Source: Flectonema sp. DT1601 | Taxonomy: Eukaryota | DNA: 64,000 nucleotides | NCBI GenBank assembly: GCA_964019425.1 | Contig: OZ025801.1 | Location: 248,001 to 312,000, forward strand | Reading direction: 5' to 3' | Shown here: in pieces, positions 10,600-23,578 of the stretch | How positions within the stretch are numbered: the stretch's first letter is position 1 | Layout: every line of letters starts with the position of its first letter | The notes under the pieces: model-generated | Database searches by the model: none | Seen by the model: the letters and a program-made list of their open reading frames with translations, nothing else | Told to the model about the DNA's origin: nothing | Program-made: the position numbers and the translations under genes

Positions 10600-11618
10600 T
10601 TGAAATTTTTTCCTTCCGACATGTGCGAGATTCGCCAACATGGAAAGAAAACTACCTTTCTTTATCTTATTTTATAAAGAAAAATAAGAACTTATCTTGT
10701 TTTTTCCTTTTTTGGAATTCACCATTTGTCTGTTTCGAAACTCTCTCTGTCCAGAACGGAGAATAACGGGTTTTTGAAAAACAATCACAAAAGACGCAGG
10801 CTGAATTAAGTTACTAAGAGCTTTTTCAACTATAAATGTGATGTACTTTTTTTGAGCAACATCGTTTTTTTTTTTTTTTTTTTTTTTTGCGTGAAAAAAG
10901 TTACTGAAGAGTTGTGCACGTAAAGAAGCCTTCTTTTTAGTTTTTTGTTTAAATATTTTGAGGCTCACTTTGTTTCGATTCGGTTTGTAAAAAGTCAGTT
11001 AAAAAAAAAAAAAAAAAAAAACGTAACATGTACGAAACTACAACTGACAAATTTCTTTTTAACATTTAAAAAAGTATTCGCATTGCTATTTGTTAGTTCG
11101 AGCTTTGCTTTTCTCGGACTTTCTTTTTTGTTCGATGGTAAAGGGGGGAAAAAAATAAAATAATAATATAATATGTCACCATAAGACTATACGATTGTAG
11201 TAATCAATTTGTTGTCATCCAACGTGTTCTTTTTAACAATTAAAAAAAATATTTATAAAACTTGAAGGGGAATGTTGGCCTGTCAACTGTACCAATCACT
11301 TTGTGCGTTTTGTTTATTTGTTTTTGTTGTACCGACGTAGTCGAGGAAGAAGCTAAAACAGATAGATTCCCGATATTTCTTATAATGACTTGTCTCTCTC
11401 TCTGTGTGACAAGATTTTTGTCTGAATTTTATCTGAATGATTTTCTTTTTGTATGTTTTGGTTGTCAAACGAACTGATTCCGATATCATTGAAAAGATAT
11501 CGCGTCAACTTCTTCATACGAATGGTTTTATCGATATACCAATTCGTTGGTTTTGTTTATATTTTAATTAAAGTTGTCAAAGTTACCTATTTAAATACTT
11601 TATAGGATTACTATAAAA

Positions 11619-13034
11619 ATGGTGTGCCAGATACCGACACTTATATTTCTGGTTGTTATCTCTCCTTCTGTTGGATGGGAATTGTTGGAGAGTGAGAAAT
11701 ATTTAGGAGTTCCTGGTGTTCCCGTCAACAACAACAACAGGCAATCGGAAACTTTACAGGGAACAAACTGTAATTGTAACCAAGCAGGTTGTGGTTGTAG
11801 CAGTAATTTGTATTGTGCTAATACAGGATTGTGTTATCAGTGCAGTCAATATAACTGTAACAATAGACCAGCTGGATGTGGATGTGGTCAGGGGCGGTTT
11901 TGCAGTAGCTCAGGGCAATGCGCTGCTTCTTGTAACTGTCAAGCAGGTTGGATTTGTGGAGCAGATGGGTCGTGTCAACATCCATCAACCTGTTCAGGTT
12001 TTAGTTGTAATGGATACGGTACTCCAGTTTGGACTGGTAGTAGTTGTAGCTGTAGTTGTAATCTTGGATTCGATAGTAATAACGGTTGTGGTCAATGCAG
12101 TAATGGATACTCTGGTTTTCCAACATGTCGATCTGTTGCTAATTGTAATGGATTCTCTTGTGGTAATCAAGGAAGTCCTTATTGGCAGGGAGGGTCCTGC
12201 ACCTGCATATGTAATTCCGGCTACACAGGAATCTCGTGCACTGGCTGCTCAGCAGGGTACTCTGGATATCCATTTTGTAGAATATCAACGGGATCACAAT
12301 CATGTTCATCAACTATTTGTTCTGGAAGGGGTTCAGCACTTTGGGATGTTTCAACACGTAGTTGTACATGTAGATGTAATGCTGGGTATACAGGACCTTC
12401 ATGTGACAGATGTTCTTCTGGGTTTACTAATTATCCATTTTGCTCTTCAACAACACTTCGGAATACAGCTGGAGGAACTTGTTCATCAGCTTTCTGTAAT
12501 AATCATGGTGTAGCAAGCTGGACTGGTACAACTTGTGTTTGTACATGTCAATCAGGTTTTGCGGGAGTGACATGTGGTACTTGTGCTCCTGGTTTTTTTA
12601 GTTACCCATTCTGTAGTCCTGGAGGTACCAGTACTGGATTCGCAGCTACTCCAACTCCTCAAACATTCATCTCTCCGTCAACGAGGGGAGTGAGTGGAGG
12701 GAACTCTTCAGATGATGACTTGCCAGCAGCAGTGATTGCAGTTATTGTTATCATAGCTGTTTGTTTAGTTATTGCTGGTATCGCTGCGGTTGTTTATACT
12801 CGTCGGAGGGGGAAAAAGAATAAACCAACTGATCCTCCTCATCCGGAATTCAATGCTGCTACACCATCACCGAAAGTGTATGGATCACCACCGCCGTCTA
12901 ACCCGATAGGAAGTTTCTTTGAGGTACCGACTGTTGGAAAAACTGTTGATCTCCCTCCACAGCCGCCTATTATTGCTGCGGCACAGCAGCCGCCACCGTT
13001 GGTGTCTGGTCCTCAAATTGCAATTCACGGATGA
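11619..13034 (+). CDS. EGF/laminin-EGF-like repeat type I membrane protein
   Basis: N-terminal signal-like segment. Four C..C.G.G..W....C.C.C..G..G..C..C..G...YP.C-like repeats. TM segment AAVIAVIVIIAVCLVIAGIAAVVY followed by RRRGKK and a Pro-rich tail. Confidence 0.9.
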   Translation: MVCQIPTLIFLVVISPSVGWELLESEKYLGVPGVPVNNNNRQSETLQGTNCNCNQAGCGCSSNLYCANTGLCYQCSQYNCNNRPAGCGCGQGRFCSSSGQCAASCNCQAGWICGADGSCQHPSTCSGFSCNGYGTPVWTGSSCSCSCNLGFDSNNGCGQCSNGYSGFPTCRSVANCNGFSCGNQGSPYWQGGSCTCICNSGYTGISCTGCSAGYSGYPFCRISTGSQSCSSTICSGRGSALWDVSTRSCTCRCNAGYTGPSCDRCSSGFTNYPFCSSTTLRNTAGGTCSSAFCNNHGVASWTGTTCVCTCQSGFAGVTCGTCAPGFFSYPFCSPGGTSTGFAATPTPQTFISPSTRGVSGGNSSDDDLPAAVIAVIVIIAVCLVIAGIAAVVYTRRRGKKNKPTDPPHPEFNAATPSPKVYGSPPPSNPIGSFFEVPTVGKTVDLPPQPPIIAAAQQPPPLVSGPQIAIHG

Positions 13035-13610
13035 GGTTATTTTAAATAATTTTTTCATGTCGTTTTTTTCCCCCTTTTTTTTTTCTGCTTTTTTCTTTTC
13101 GTTCCCGCAAACGAATAAAAAAAAAAAGAAAGAAAAAAGAAAAAACCTTTTTTTTGTATCCTCCCTATTTTTCCTTTTTTTTCGTGTCAAAAAGTATATT
13201 AGATATTCGTAGCAGTTTGTCTTCTTTGATATAAAGTTTTTTAGTAATTTTCTTTTTTTTATTAAAAAAAGTTCATCAAGCCATGTACCCTTTTTCTGCT
13301 TCTTCCTTTTCTTCTTTCTTAGATGTATTTAGATACCATAATCGATATAGTTACTTGTGGGTATTTTTTTTCCTTCTTGAATTCTTCAATAAAAAAAAAT
13401 CATTCTTTTTTTTTTTTTTTTCTGTTTTGTTTCCAGGGAGGAAAAAAAAAAAATGCAGGAGAAAGTGAAATCGCTTAGCTGGAGCAACTGAGTTCGTTTT
13501 TTTTTTTTTTTTTTTTTTGAGAAAAAAAATAATAAATTTAAATTATTATTTTTTTTTTTGTCCAGGACGATACCGTTAAAAAAATAACAAACAACAACAT
13601 CCCGACTATA

Positions 13611-14717
13611 ATGCGATCACACAGTCTGTTGTTGTTGCTTGCTGTTGGTGTCGTCTCACAAGATCCTTGTGGGACTACACGAATCCAGTCTGTTGTGGAG
13701 TCTTTTTATGGAACATGCATGCAAGAAGAGTCTTCTCAGATAGATTGGAGAGGGAATTGCGGATCTCTTGATACGATGGAAAGACAACGAGCATGTGAAT
13801 GGGGTAATCGATATGGTTCTATATTTCTTATGAACTCATTGAGTAGGAATTGTGATGCTGCTTCTCAAGATCCAATAACTGTGAACACGTCATTGTCTGA
13901 AGTTCCACAAGACATCTGTAATCACAAAACTGATGAATTAAGAAGTTGTGTTGCCAGAAATAACATCACTGCGGTCACTCCTGTTCCAAAATCTGGAACT
14001 ATTTTTTGTGATTGCATAGCGTCTCATCGAAGGCTTATTTTTCAATGTCCGTTTTTGTTTTCGCTCGCTGATGAAATGCCTCCTGTGTCGTCTTATTATA
14101 ATTTTACAGAAATCCGAAACAGTTGTTCTCCGTCGTGTAACTTGGATTCAATCCCGTTACAAGAAACAAACGAGACAATGATATTCGCGTTGACGATATC
14201 AGTACGGAGTACTACTCCAGCTGAGACGTTTAAAAAAGTGATCAGTTCTTCAATAAGTAGTCATACTGTCACTCCTTCTCAAGTTAATATTGTTTACTGG
14301 TCGGGGTTATCTGGACAGGAAGATCGGTTTTCGGTAAATTTTTTCTTAATGAATGTACCGTCAGCCTCTGTTGTCCTCGTAGTCGATGCTCTGAATGAAA
14401 GTATCTCTGACCCGGAATCGATCTTGAGACATCAACTTGCTGCTGAACCTCATTTTCTTATGGAAGCAAACACTCCAGAACCGTCTCCTCCACCACCGAT
14501 CATCGTTCAAGAAGATGAAGTCCCAGATTCGATGATTGCTGTGACAATAGTACTTGGATTGTTATTGTTATTCGTCGCAATCGGTTATGTTATTGTTGTG
14601 TTCGTTCTATCAGCAGGTAACGATCCTGATCAAGACTCAAGAGACGAAGAAGAAGAAGAGGAAGAAGAAGGTCCTGTTGCTCTCAAAGAAGAAGACCCAC
14701 CAAAGGCTGCTGCGTAA
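13611..14717 (+). CDS. Type I membrane protein of unknown function (paralog A)
   Basis: Signal peptide MRSHSLLLLLAVGVVSQ, Cys-rich ectodomain, Pro-rich linker, TM helix, acidic tail ending KAAA. Confidence 0.88.
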   Translation: MRSHSLLLLLAVGVVSQDPCGTTRIQSVVESFYGTCMQEESSQIDWRGNCGSLDTMERQRACEWGNRYGSIFLMNSLSRNCDAASQDPITVNTSLSEVPQDICNHKTDELRSCVARNNITAVTPVPKSGTIFCDCIASHRRLIFQCPFLFSLADEMPPVSSYYNFTEIRNSCSPSCNLDSIPLQETNETMIFALTISVRSTTPAETFKKVISSSISSHTVTPSQVNIVYWSGLSGQEDRFSVNFFLMNVPSASVVLVVDALNESISDPESILRHQLAAEPHFLMEANTPEPSPPPPIIVQEDEVPDSMIAVTIVLGLLLLFVAIGYVIVVFVLSAGNDPDQDSRDEEEEEEEEGPVALKEEDPPKAAA

Positions 14718-15895
14718 GACTCTCAACATCATCCCCCTCACCCCCCACTGCTGTTACTAATTTGAGACCTTAAAATATGTTTACCCAGTGGATCAATCAC
14801 ACTTCTGTTATTGTCAAAAAAAAAAAAAAAAAAAAAAACAAAACAAAAACAAGAGTTATGTGTCTCACGACGGAGTTGTTTGTTAGTATTTTGTTGTTAC
14901 ACAATTTAGTGACCTTTTTTTTTAGATCTGCGGCATCACTGCAGTTCAGCTTTTTTTTTTGTTCTGTAAAAAGGAATTGAAAAAAAAAAAAAAAAACTTG
15001 TGAAATTTTCCTCACAAGATTGCTTTGTTTTCTTTTTTGGCAAAGGGAAACCCCCCCCTTCCGGAGTAGAAAAAAAAGAAATGCCTTGAACTTCTCTCGT
15101 GAAATTAGAGATTTCCCTTTGTAGTATTAGTTTGTTGATGATGTAGGTCCGTATTGCCTTACTCGGTATCATTGTTTATCCTACCTGTTGATTTCTTTTG
15201 TTATTTTTTGGTTTGTTTGTAATTAGTCGCGGAGATTACTTTTTTTTTAATAAATTAGATTTTCGTTTTTTTTGAATTTTTTTTTTTTATACATATTTCT
15301 TTTACTTCTCATCCAAGCCAATAGAGGTTTTTGAAATGAGGCAGCTTCCAAACCAGGCCTCTTGTTTTTTGTTACGGTTGTTGTTAGCTTTTTTTATCAC
15401 AACTGATATTGAGTTATCACAGTACGGTAAGTTTATTAGTGAAAGGGAATTGCCACTTCTTCGTTAGGATGAACGCTTTGCGTATCTATCACACGCATGT
15501 TGGAACCGTCTGTACTTTGACAAGGCTGGGTTTTTTTTTTTTTTCTTTGAAATTATTGCGTTTCGAAGTGAGAAATTTTTGAAAGAGAAGAAAAAAAAAG
15601 GGAAAAAAAAAAAAAAAAAAAAAAAAAAGTGCGTAACCTGCTTTTAGGTTTACCGTTTACCTTTTTGGTCTGTCTTTCCTTGTCTTTCTGTGTTGTACTT
15701 TTCTTTAGGCTCTGTGAGTTTTGGTTATTCCTCAAGGTGCTCTCATTAGTTTTCGTTTCTCAGGAAAACTTTTCAGGAGATGTTGCAGGGCAGGTGGTTG
15801 CGACTTCTCTTCATTACAATTCGATAATATTTTGTTTCACTTTTTGACTTCAACAATAGGACAATAAAAAAAAAAAAAAAAAAAAAGGAAAAAAA

Positions 15896-16999
15896 ATGAG
15901 GGTAATAATTTCACTGTTGGCAATTGCTGCCACAGGTCTTGCAGAAGGTCCTTGTGATGCTTCAACAGTTCAGTCAGTTGTTGAATCATTCTTTAGTAGA
16001 TGCATACCAAACAAACCAATTGATTGGCAAGACAACTGTTGGGAAGTATTTGATGATAATATTGTAAAGAGGAGAGGATGTGAATGGGCGAATAGAATCA
16101 ATGCTGCACTTTTTATGAAAAGTGCAGCTCCACTTTGTGATAGTGCGAGAACGACTGCTGTTGATGTGAATACTTCTTTAGTTTCAATTCCAAGAGATTT
16201 ATGCACTATTTCTACTGGTAAGATTGAAAACTGTACACAAGCGACAACTATTGCGACCCTTACCTATCCAGCTGACCTGTCGTCAGACTTGACTTGTGGG
16301 TGTCTAGAAAGTCACCTCCAAGAAATACAAACTTGCCAACCTATCTTCGACATTATTTCAACACCTGAACTCGTCTTAGATGCTCGGTACTATAACTTTA
16401 CAGAGTTTCGATCTGATTCAGCTTGTCTTCTAACATGTGACTTAGAAGAGCTAGCGATAGTAGAGACTAGTGATTCAATGTTATATAATCTAGAGGTAAC
16501 TATACGTAATAGTAATACAATTGATTTATTTAAAACTGTAATTAGTACCATAACAGGTGGTGAGCTTCAACCATCTCAAGTTTTCGTCAAATATTGGCAG
16601 GAAGTTGCCGATTCACCAAATCGATTCACAGTTCATTTCGCTCTTGTTAATGTTCCGACAGCAAGACTTGCGGTTGTTATCAGTGATGTGAATGTCTCGT
16701 TGAGTAACAGTCAATCAATTATAAGAAGTGAGTTGGCAGCTGATCCAACTCTCTTGGTTCCAGTACCTGCCACTCCTTCACCCAGTCCTGTAATTATTAT
16801 TGAGAAGAAGGATGAAGTTCCTACGTATATGATTGTTTTGTGTATTGTATTTGGTGTTTTACTCTTAGTCATTGCAGCTGCTTTTGCAATTGATCAACTT
16901 GGTGGAGGTGACGACGATGAAGAAGGAACTGAGGAAGAAGAAGAAATGGAGGACGGCAAAGAACTTCCTGAAGATGAAGAGGCACCAAACGCTGCTTAG
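15896..16999 (+). CDS. Type I membrane protein of unknown function (paralog B)
   Basis: Collinear with 13611-14717. Shared motifs QSVVESF, IDW..NC, CEW.NR, VNTSL, YYNFTE.R, LAA.P, DEVP..MI and an acidic tail. Confidence 0.88.
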   Translation: MRVIISLLAIAATGLAEGPCDASTVQSVVESFFSRCIPNKPIDWQDNCWEVFDDNIVKRRGCEWANRINAALFMKSAAPLCDSARTTAVDVNTSLVSIPRDLCTISTGKIENCTQATTIATLTYPADLSSDLTCGCLESHLQEIQTCQPIFDIISTPELVLDARYYNFTEFRSDSACLLTCDLEELAIVETSDSMLYNLEVTIRNSNTIDLFKTVISTITGGELQPSQVFVKYWQEVADSPNRFTVHFALVNVPTARLAVVISDVNVSLSNSQSIIRSELAADPTLLVPVPATPSPSPVIIIEKKDEVPTYMIVLCIVFGVLLLVIAAAFAIDQLGGGDDDEEGTEEEEEMEDGKELPEDEEAPNAA

Positions 17000-18008
17000 A
17001 CAGCATAGTTATTAGGGGTATGGTTTTCTTTTCTTTTTTTTTTCTTCTTTTTTTTTTTTTTGAAACTACTTTTTTCGTCCTTTCACATCATACAGTAAAT
17101 TAGTATAACCGTTCTACTGACTCTGATCGTTGTCTCGTCGTACAGTCTCGACATACAGTTACAGGGAAAACGAAGCGAATATTTTCTGCTGATTGAATCT
17201 AACAGTGACTTCAGATGGCTTCTCCCGCATGAAGTATCTGTCTCCGCCCCGCCGTAATTGTCTCCAGTCCATCGTTGGCACTATTTAACTTTTATTGAAT
17301 CCGAGGCATTCTTTTTGTGTCTCTCATGAAGTACAAGAAAAACTCCTTTTGTGTGAAGAAAAAAAAACGTAACTTCCAACAGGTAAACACTCAGGAAAGC
17401 TGTTATTCAGCTCAGCTCACATAGGGCTTTACGCGGAGTACTTCCTTGTCAGGTAGCTGTACCCTCCTCTTCTTATTTTTGAGGATTGTAAAAGCATCAG
17501 AAATTCGTTTTTTTTTGTCTTATTTTTCTTATGTAATAAGCGATCAAGCATCCTGTATTGATTCGGGAACTAGCAACGGGAAAAAAAAACAAAAAAAAAA
17601 AAAAAAACAGATTATACACTTTGCAATAGTTCCTCTTTTTTGTTTTGTTTTTGTTTTTTTTGCTGCTCAACGCGGTCCCCCTCCAGCTCCCCGGGGTCTT
17701 CTGTTGCGGCATGTCGAGAGACAGTGATCAGAGTCTCATTGAGAGGGTGAAAAATATTCATCGTTTTATGTATTGTAATTTATCTAAGAGATGAAGAGAG
17801 GAGATTCCACTGCTCTGGGGGGGGGAAAAAAAGAAAAAAAAAAAAAAGAAAAGAAGCGGCACGGTATTAATTTATTAGTGTTTTGATCTCTTTGTTCTTT
17901 CTCCACCCCCTCCCCTCCCCTCGTGTCCTTTTTTTTCCCCTCTTCGTGGATGACTCTCGGCAAAGTTTATTTTAATTACATTGATAATTGTGAGTAGGAT
18001 TGACTACG

Positions 18009-18048
<40 letters not shown>

Positions 18049-19174
18049 TTCCCCTGACTAAAGCTAAAACAGGTTTTTTTTTATTGTTTTCAGATGGGTC
18101 AGAAAAAAAAAAAAACCAAACAATAGATGCCTTATAATTAGAAGAAAAAAAAAAGAAAAAAAAACAAAGGAAGAGAAAAAAAAACATAAAACGATTCTCC
18201 ATATAATTCCTTGAGCGGTACAGTGTTTCACAACTTGATAAGAGAAGAAAGTAAACGAAGAAGAAACTATTCAGATTGAGAGTCGATATTTCTTGTAGTC
18301 ATGATTTATTTTCCCCGTGCGACAGGATTTTGTCTACGTTCAACGAAATATAAGGCTAATCTGAATGGTTTTTTATGTTATTTTTTAGTGTATATTTTGT
18401 TGTCCTTTTAGTTTTCTTGTTCTAAGTAAGAAAAATGAACAAAATTTGTAAGTTTGTTACATTGGCGGAGAAAAATGTGTAGCTCACAAAAAAAAAAAAT
18501 AATAATAATAGATCCTTATATTTAGCCGAGTATTGTTTTTTTTATATTTAGAAATCTGCAGAAGGTGGACCACGTAATTGTGGGAGAAGTGATGAAGTGA
18601 TGAACTTCTTATGTTTAACAGAGTATTGTTTTTCTTTTTATTTTTAAAAACCTGCAGAGTGTAAACCGCCTCCATCACTTTTTTTTTTCTTCAAAGAATA
18701 AATAAACCTCGAGCAATTCCCTTTTTTTTAATATATTTCCCTTTATTTTCTTTACCCAGTTATTGTCATTTATTCATTTGTTTTTTTTTTCTTTCTTTTT
18801 TTTTTTTCTTTCGCTGTTTGTATGTTAACCTGTTATGTTATTATTGTTTTTTTTTTTTATTTTTTTTTTCTCTCTGCCATGTCAGTGAATTAGAGGTAAA
18901 TAGGTGTGTAGGTGACTGCTATTTATAGTCAACGCCATCAGCATTGTTCACTTGCATCTTTGGTCGATGTAAACTTTTTTTTTTGTAGTATTTTTTTTTT
19001 TTGAGAAAAAAAAAAAAAAAAAAAAAAAAAAATGCATTCCTAAAGTTGATTTATTTCAAGTTGCAGAATCCACAACTTGACAAAAGAACATTTATAATTG
19101 ACGTGTTAATTTTTTTTTTTTTTTTTTTGCTTCCTCCAGCAGGGCAGGTCCATCTCCCCAAAGCAAAACTCAAA

Positions 19175-21660
19175 ATGGAGGAGCCTCTCTTTCGGGTAAT
19201 TATGCGAACGCCAAAAGCAACTGACTGGAAAAAGATTCTAATCCCGTACTTGAAAGATAAATACACTGCTGCTGAAGTTGAAGATCATAAAGATGAAATT
19301 GAGAAGCTGCAGTCTGCATGGAAACGATTATCAGACGGAGTGAAGCTAGATCATATTAGAAGTGAATTCGCGGGAGAAGTAGTAATCCCATACTCAGCAT
19401 TAGTCTTATGCATTGCTAATAGGTTTCCAGGTCTCAAGGGTACATTTCACTGGTCAGATCAGCAGGGAAAGGAGAAGGGATCATGTCCATATTATGAAGC
19501 TGCTTCAGGATTTTATTGTGCTCCATCTACATTAATGAAGACAGCATCAGAGTGTGATATGAATAACTCTGATAGTATTAAAACGGCTTATCAACTTTAC
19601 CTATCAGCTGCTGGAATGTTTCAATGGGGAAAACAACACCTGATCCCGAGAGCAATGGAAGTGACAACAACTAGTGTTGTCGTTAGTATAAAGTGGTTTG
19701 AATTTTGTGAAATTTTTTGCATCGCAGAAGCTATGCGTTGCGCATGTCTGAAAGCCAGTGTAGAAGGGGCCATGTCATCAAAGCACAGTCTGATGTCAAA
19801 ACTTGCTAATGACACAGCCACACAGTACAATACCGCTTTGGGATCACTCTCTGCTGCTGAGGTCCCTGAACACTTCCGCAAAGAAGTAAAACTTTATATC
19901 GAAGTTGCTTATAATTCATACTTAGCAAGAAGTCATGATTACTTAGCTGAAGAATGTCGGGCAGCAGAAGACATTGGAACTGAAATTAGTAATCTCCATG
20001 CTGCCATCCAATACATTCAAAGAGCATCAATCGCTGCGGGTACAGCAACTGATAAAAGACAGGCAGCTTTTGTAGGGGGACTGACAAACGCATACAAGCA
20101 AAGACTACAAAGAGCAAGAGAAGAGAACGCTCGGATCTATGGTGCGAGGATACCTTCTGAGGAACCAGAGCGACAGTCGTTGGGGAAATCGTTTGTTCCA
20201 ACTGAGTTTGCGACAGCACACATGGAAATTGAGGATCCATTTAGTCATTTTGTACCGACAGCTATCGTAGATGCGGTGAATAAGTTTAGTGATGACGTTG
20301 CTCAAATTATTAATCACACTACTCAACAAGCTCGTTCAAGAAGTAGGAGGGCAAGCTACGCTGACATCTCGGAGACAATCGCTGTTTTCGAAGCTCAAAA
20401 AACTCAAGCCCTCCCTCAGCAGTTAGAACGTAAGATTATTTCTATTCAAGAAGAGTCCAGTTCTTCAAGCAAACAATTCTTATTATCATTGTTGTCCCCT
20501 GTTAGTAAGCAAGTTGACCAGTGTAATAACTTTGTCACTCATGCTACTGAAAAATTACAAGCTGACTACAAAGAAGAACAGACAGTTAGAGAACAATATG
20601 GATCTAGCTTACCAATATCATCATTGCACTCACAGGATATGGAAAGTGCGAGAAATGCAGTCACTGATGTAGCAACTAGACTCGATGAAATTTCTATGAA
20701 TATAAAACAATTTCGTCAAATTGCTGAACAGAACAGTGATCAGTTAGAGAGGCTAGACTACCCCGTGTCACAAGTAAATGATGCATTGAAAAGTTGTGAA
20801 CAAAGTGAACTTGATCAGCAAATGTCTGCAAAGTTATCTGAAATTAAACGACTCGATGATCAGCTTGAGGAATACGAAGCCGTTCAATTAGTGGCTTTGA
20901 ATGAAATGAGACAAAAACCAGATCTTCAACAGCTGACTGATGTTCTTGTTGGATTAACAACAGAACTAGCTCGCTCTCAATCAATAGAAGACTACATGGT
21001 TCCTTATCTAAGCTTTCAACAAGAAGTTGTTAAAAGTAGTAATGCTATCCAAGCATTAACCAGAACATTACATACGGAAATTGAATCATTCCAACTGAGT
21101 GTTGAGGGAGGATTAACTCTCAATCCAACAGCTGAACGAGTTGTCTCTCGACTAGTTCAAGCACATTCATTGTACTGCAATTATCACAATGATATTATAG
21201 ACATGTCTCGTAATGCTGGTGATGTGTGTATTTTTTTTTTTTTTTTTTTTTTAAATGATATTTTTTTCTCCTCTGAAAAATAAAACAACAACAGCTTTCT
21301 CGCACAGCTGAACGACTCCGAGGAAGGATATCAGAGTGTGCAGTAGCAAGAGTAACTGATAGAGATGATCGTGTGAATGAGGTATGATTACTTTTGATTA
21401 ACTGTCAAGGGTACCTCATTATAATATTTAACCATCTAAAATACAAACACAGGCTGAAATGGCACTTAAGTTAGATGAGAAGAAGAAACAATTGGAAGAG
21501 GCAGCACTGGAAGTTGAGAAGAGTACGGAAGAGGCAATGAGAATCGCAGCGTTGCAGAAAAGAGCGAGAGCGCAGGCACAGCAGTCGATGTCTCCTTTGA
21601 TGGGAGTTCCTGGAAGTCCGGTAATGGAGAGTCAGCAGCAGCAGTTGGCTTTGCTTCAGC

Positions 21661-21694
<34 letters not shown>

Positions 21695-22778
21695 GCCGAT
21701 GTCACCTTTAATGGGAACACCTTCAGGTAGTCCTATTACTGTTGAGAGTCAGCAGGCAGTCAGTCAGACTCAGCAGTTGGCATTACTTCGCCAACAACAG
21801 TTGGAAAAACAGCAACAGCACCAACAGCAGCTGGCACTGCTACAGCGACAACGCGAAGAACAACAAAAGCAACTCGAACACCAACGTCAGGCACAGCTCC
21901 TCGCGGAACAACAAAAGCAACAGCAACTCGCCGCCCTTCAGCAACAACAAGCAACTGCTGAGCAACAGCTGCAACAACAGCAGCTGTTGCTGTTGCAACA
22001 ACAGCAGAAGGCAGCAGAGCAACAGAAGCATCAACAGATTGCTGCTCTGGAACGAATGCAACAGGCTGAACAACAAAAACAAATACAACTTCAGCAACAG
22101 CAGTTCGCCGCAGAGGAAAATAAGAGACTGTTGGCTGCACAGCAACAACAACAACAGTTAGCCGCTCAGAAGGCGCAGCAAGCTGAGCAGCTTCGTCAGC
22201 GGCAATTAGCTGCGCAGAAAGCTGCCGAGGCTCAGCAGCTGCAGTTGCAACAGTTGGCTGCACAGAGGGCTGCCGAAGCTGCTGCTGCAGAAGAGAACAA
22301 GAGACTGCTGGCTGCGCAGCAGTTGCAGCAACAGCAATTGGCCGCTCAGAAAGCTGCGGAACAACAACAGCAACAACTGGCGCAGCATGCAGCTGCTCAA
22401 CAAGCTGCCGCTCAGCAAGCTGCTCAGCAGCAGTTATTGCAGCAGCAGCAACAGCAGCAGTTGGCTGCCCAAAATGCCGCGCAACAACTTGCTCAACAGC
22501 AGCAGTTACAGCAGCAGCAACAACAGCAGTTGGCACAACAACAGCATGCTGCTCAGCAGCAGCAGCAGCAGCAATTGGCACACCAACAGCAGCAGGCTGC
22601 TTTACTTCAACAGCAACAATTGCAGCAACCTCCGGCAGGGCAGCAGTTTGCTCAGCCACTGCAACAATTTGGAGTTCCTCAACAGCAACTCTTCAACCAG
22701 CACACCAATCCTAACGCTCCACCTCCACCTCCACCCCCACCGCCACCGGCACCTGTCGCGGATTTCTTACAGTTTTAA
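19175..22778 (+). CDS. BRO1-domain (ALIX/Bro1-like) ESCRT-associated protein with coiled-coil, Gln-rich and Pro-rich C-terminus; 3 exons
   Basis: Exons 19175-21223, 21295-21381 and 21453-22778 join in frame through two phase-0 GT-AG introns. BRO1-like motifs: F.WSD, YEAAS..Y, AAGMF, EENARIYG..P. Confidence 0.85.
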
Positions 22779-23578
22779 CTGATCTTTCCGTGTAGTTAGT
22801 CAGACCGTTAATGTTAAAAGAGTAGTCTTTATAGATGCTAGCTGATGTTTGTTTTTAGCCCGTTACAATAATTCTAACTACTCCGGGCTTAGTTTTCTTT
22901 TTTTCCCGTTCCCTTCAGCTATTTGGAACTGCCGGTTATTTTCTATCTTCCTAGTCCCAATGGGGCAAAAAAAAAAAAAAATAATAATAAAGTTAAGCTG
23001 TAGTGTTCTCTTATTGTTGACTTTGTTGGTATATATACATAGCCATTCGTATGCTAAGTATATTTGTTATTGAGATAAATCTGCCTTAGGGATCTTTTTT
23101 TCCCATTCTTGTATTCCAACCTAAATTGATGCATGTCCTTCCGCCAACTTCACGAGAATCTACACATTGGCGTTGACAGGAAAATCTTTTTTCTGTTTCG
23201 ATTTTTTTTTTTTTTTTTTTTTGTTTTCTTTTTCGCTGTCTTATTTTCTTGGTTCTACCCAAACAAAAAAAAAAGTTTTTTTTTTTTTTTTTTTTTTTTT
23301 GCTTCTTCTCAATTATTTAGCAGCCGACGATGTTCCATTTTTATTGGGGTAAATAAGAACAGGTTCTGATTTTTTTTAATTTATTTTTTTTTGTTTTTTT
23401 TTTTTGTAATTCTTTTTGTTAATCACTGGTATATTTGTTTTCGAAAACAGTAGTCACACAACAATATGATTGCTGAGATGGATAACTATTCAGATTAAGA
23501 TCAGTTTATTTATTCTAATGTCCTTAAACATTTACTTTCAATCAGAGTATTACTCCGTTAAAAATATTAAATAAGAAA

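Noticed and set aside
21466..22782. Overlapping poly-Leu/Val/Ser/Asn ORFs
   Set aside because: They are alternative frames of the CAG/CAA-rich Gln tract.
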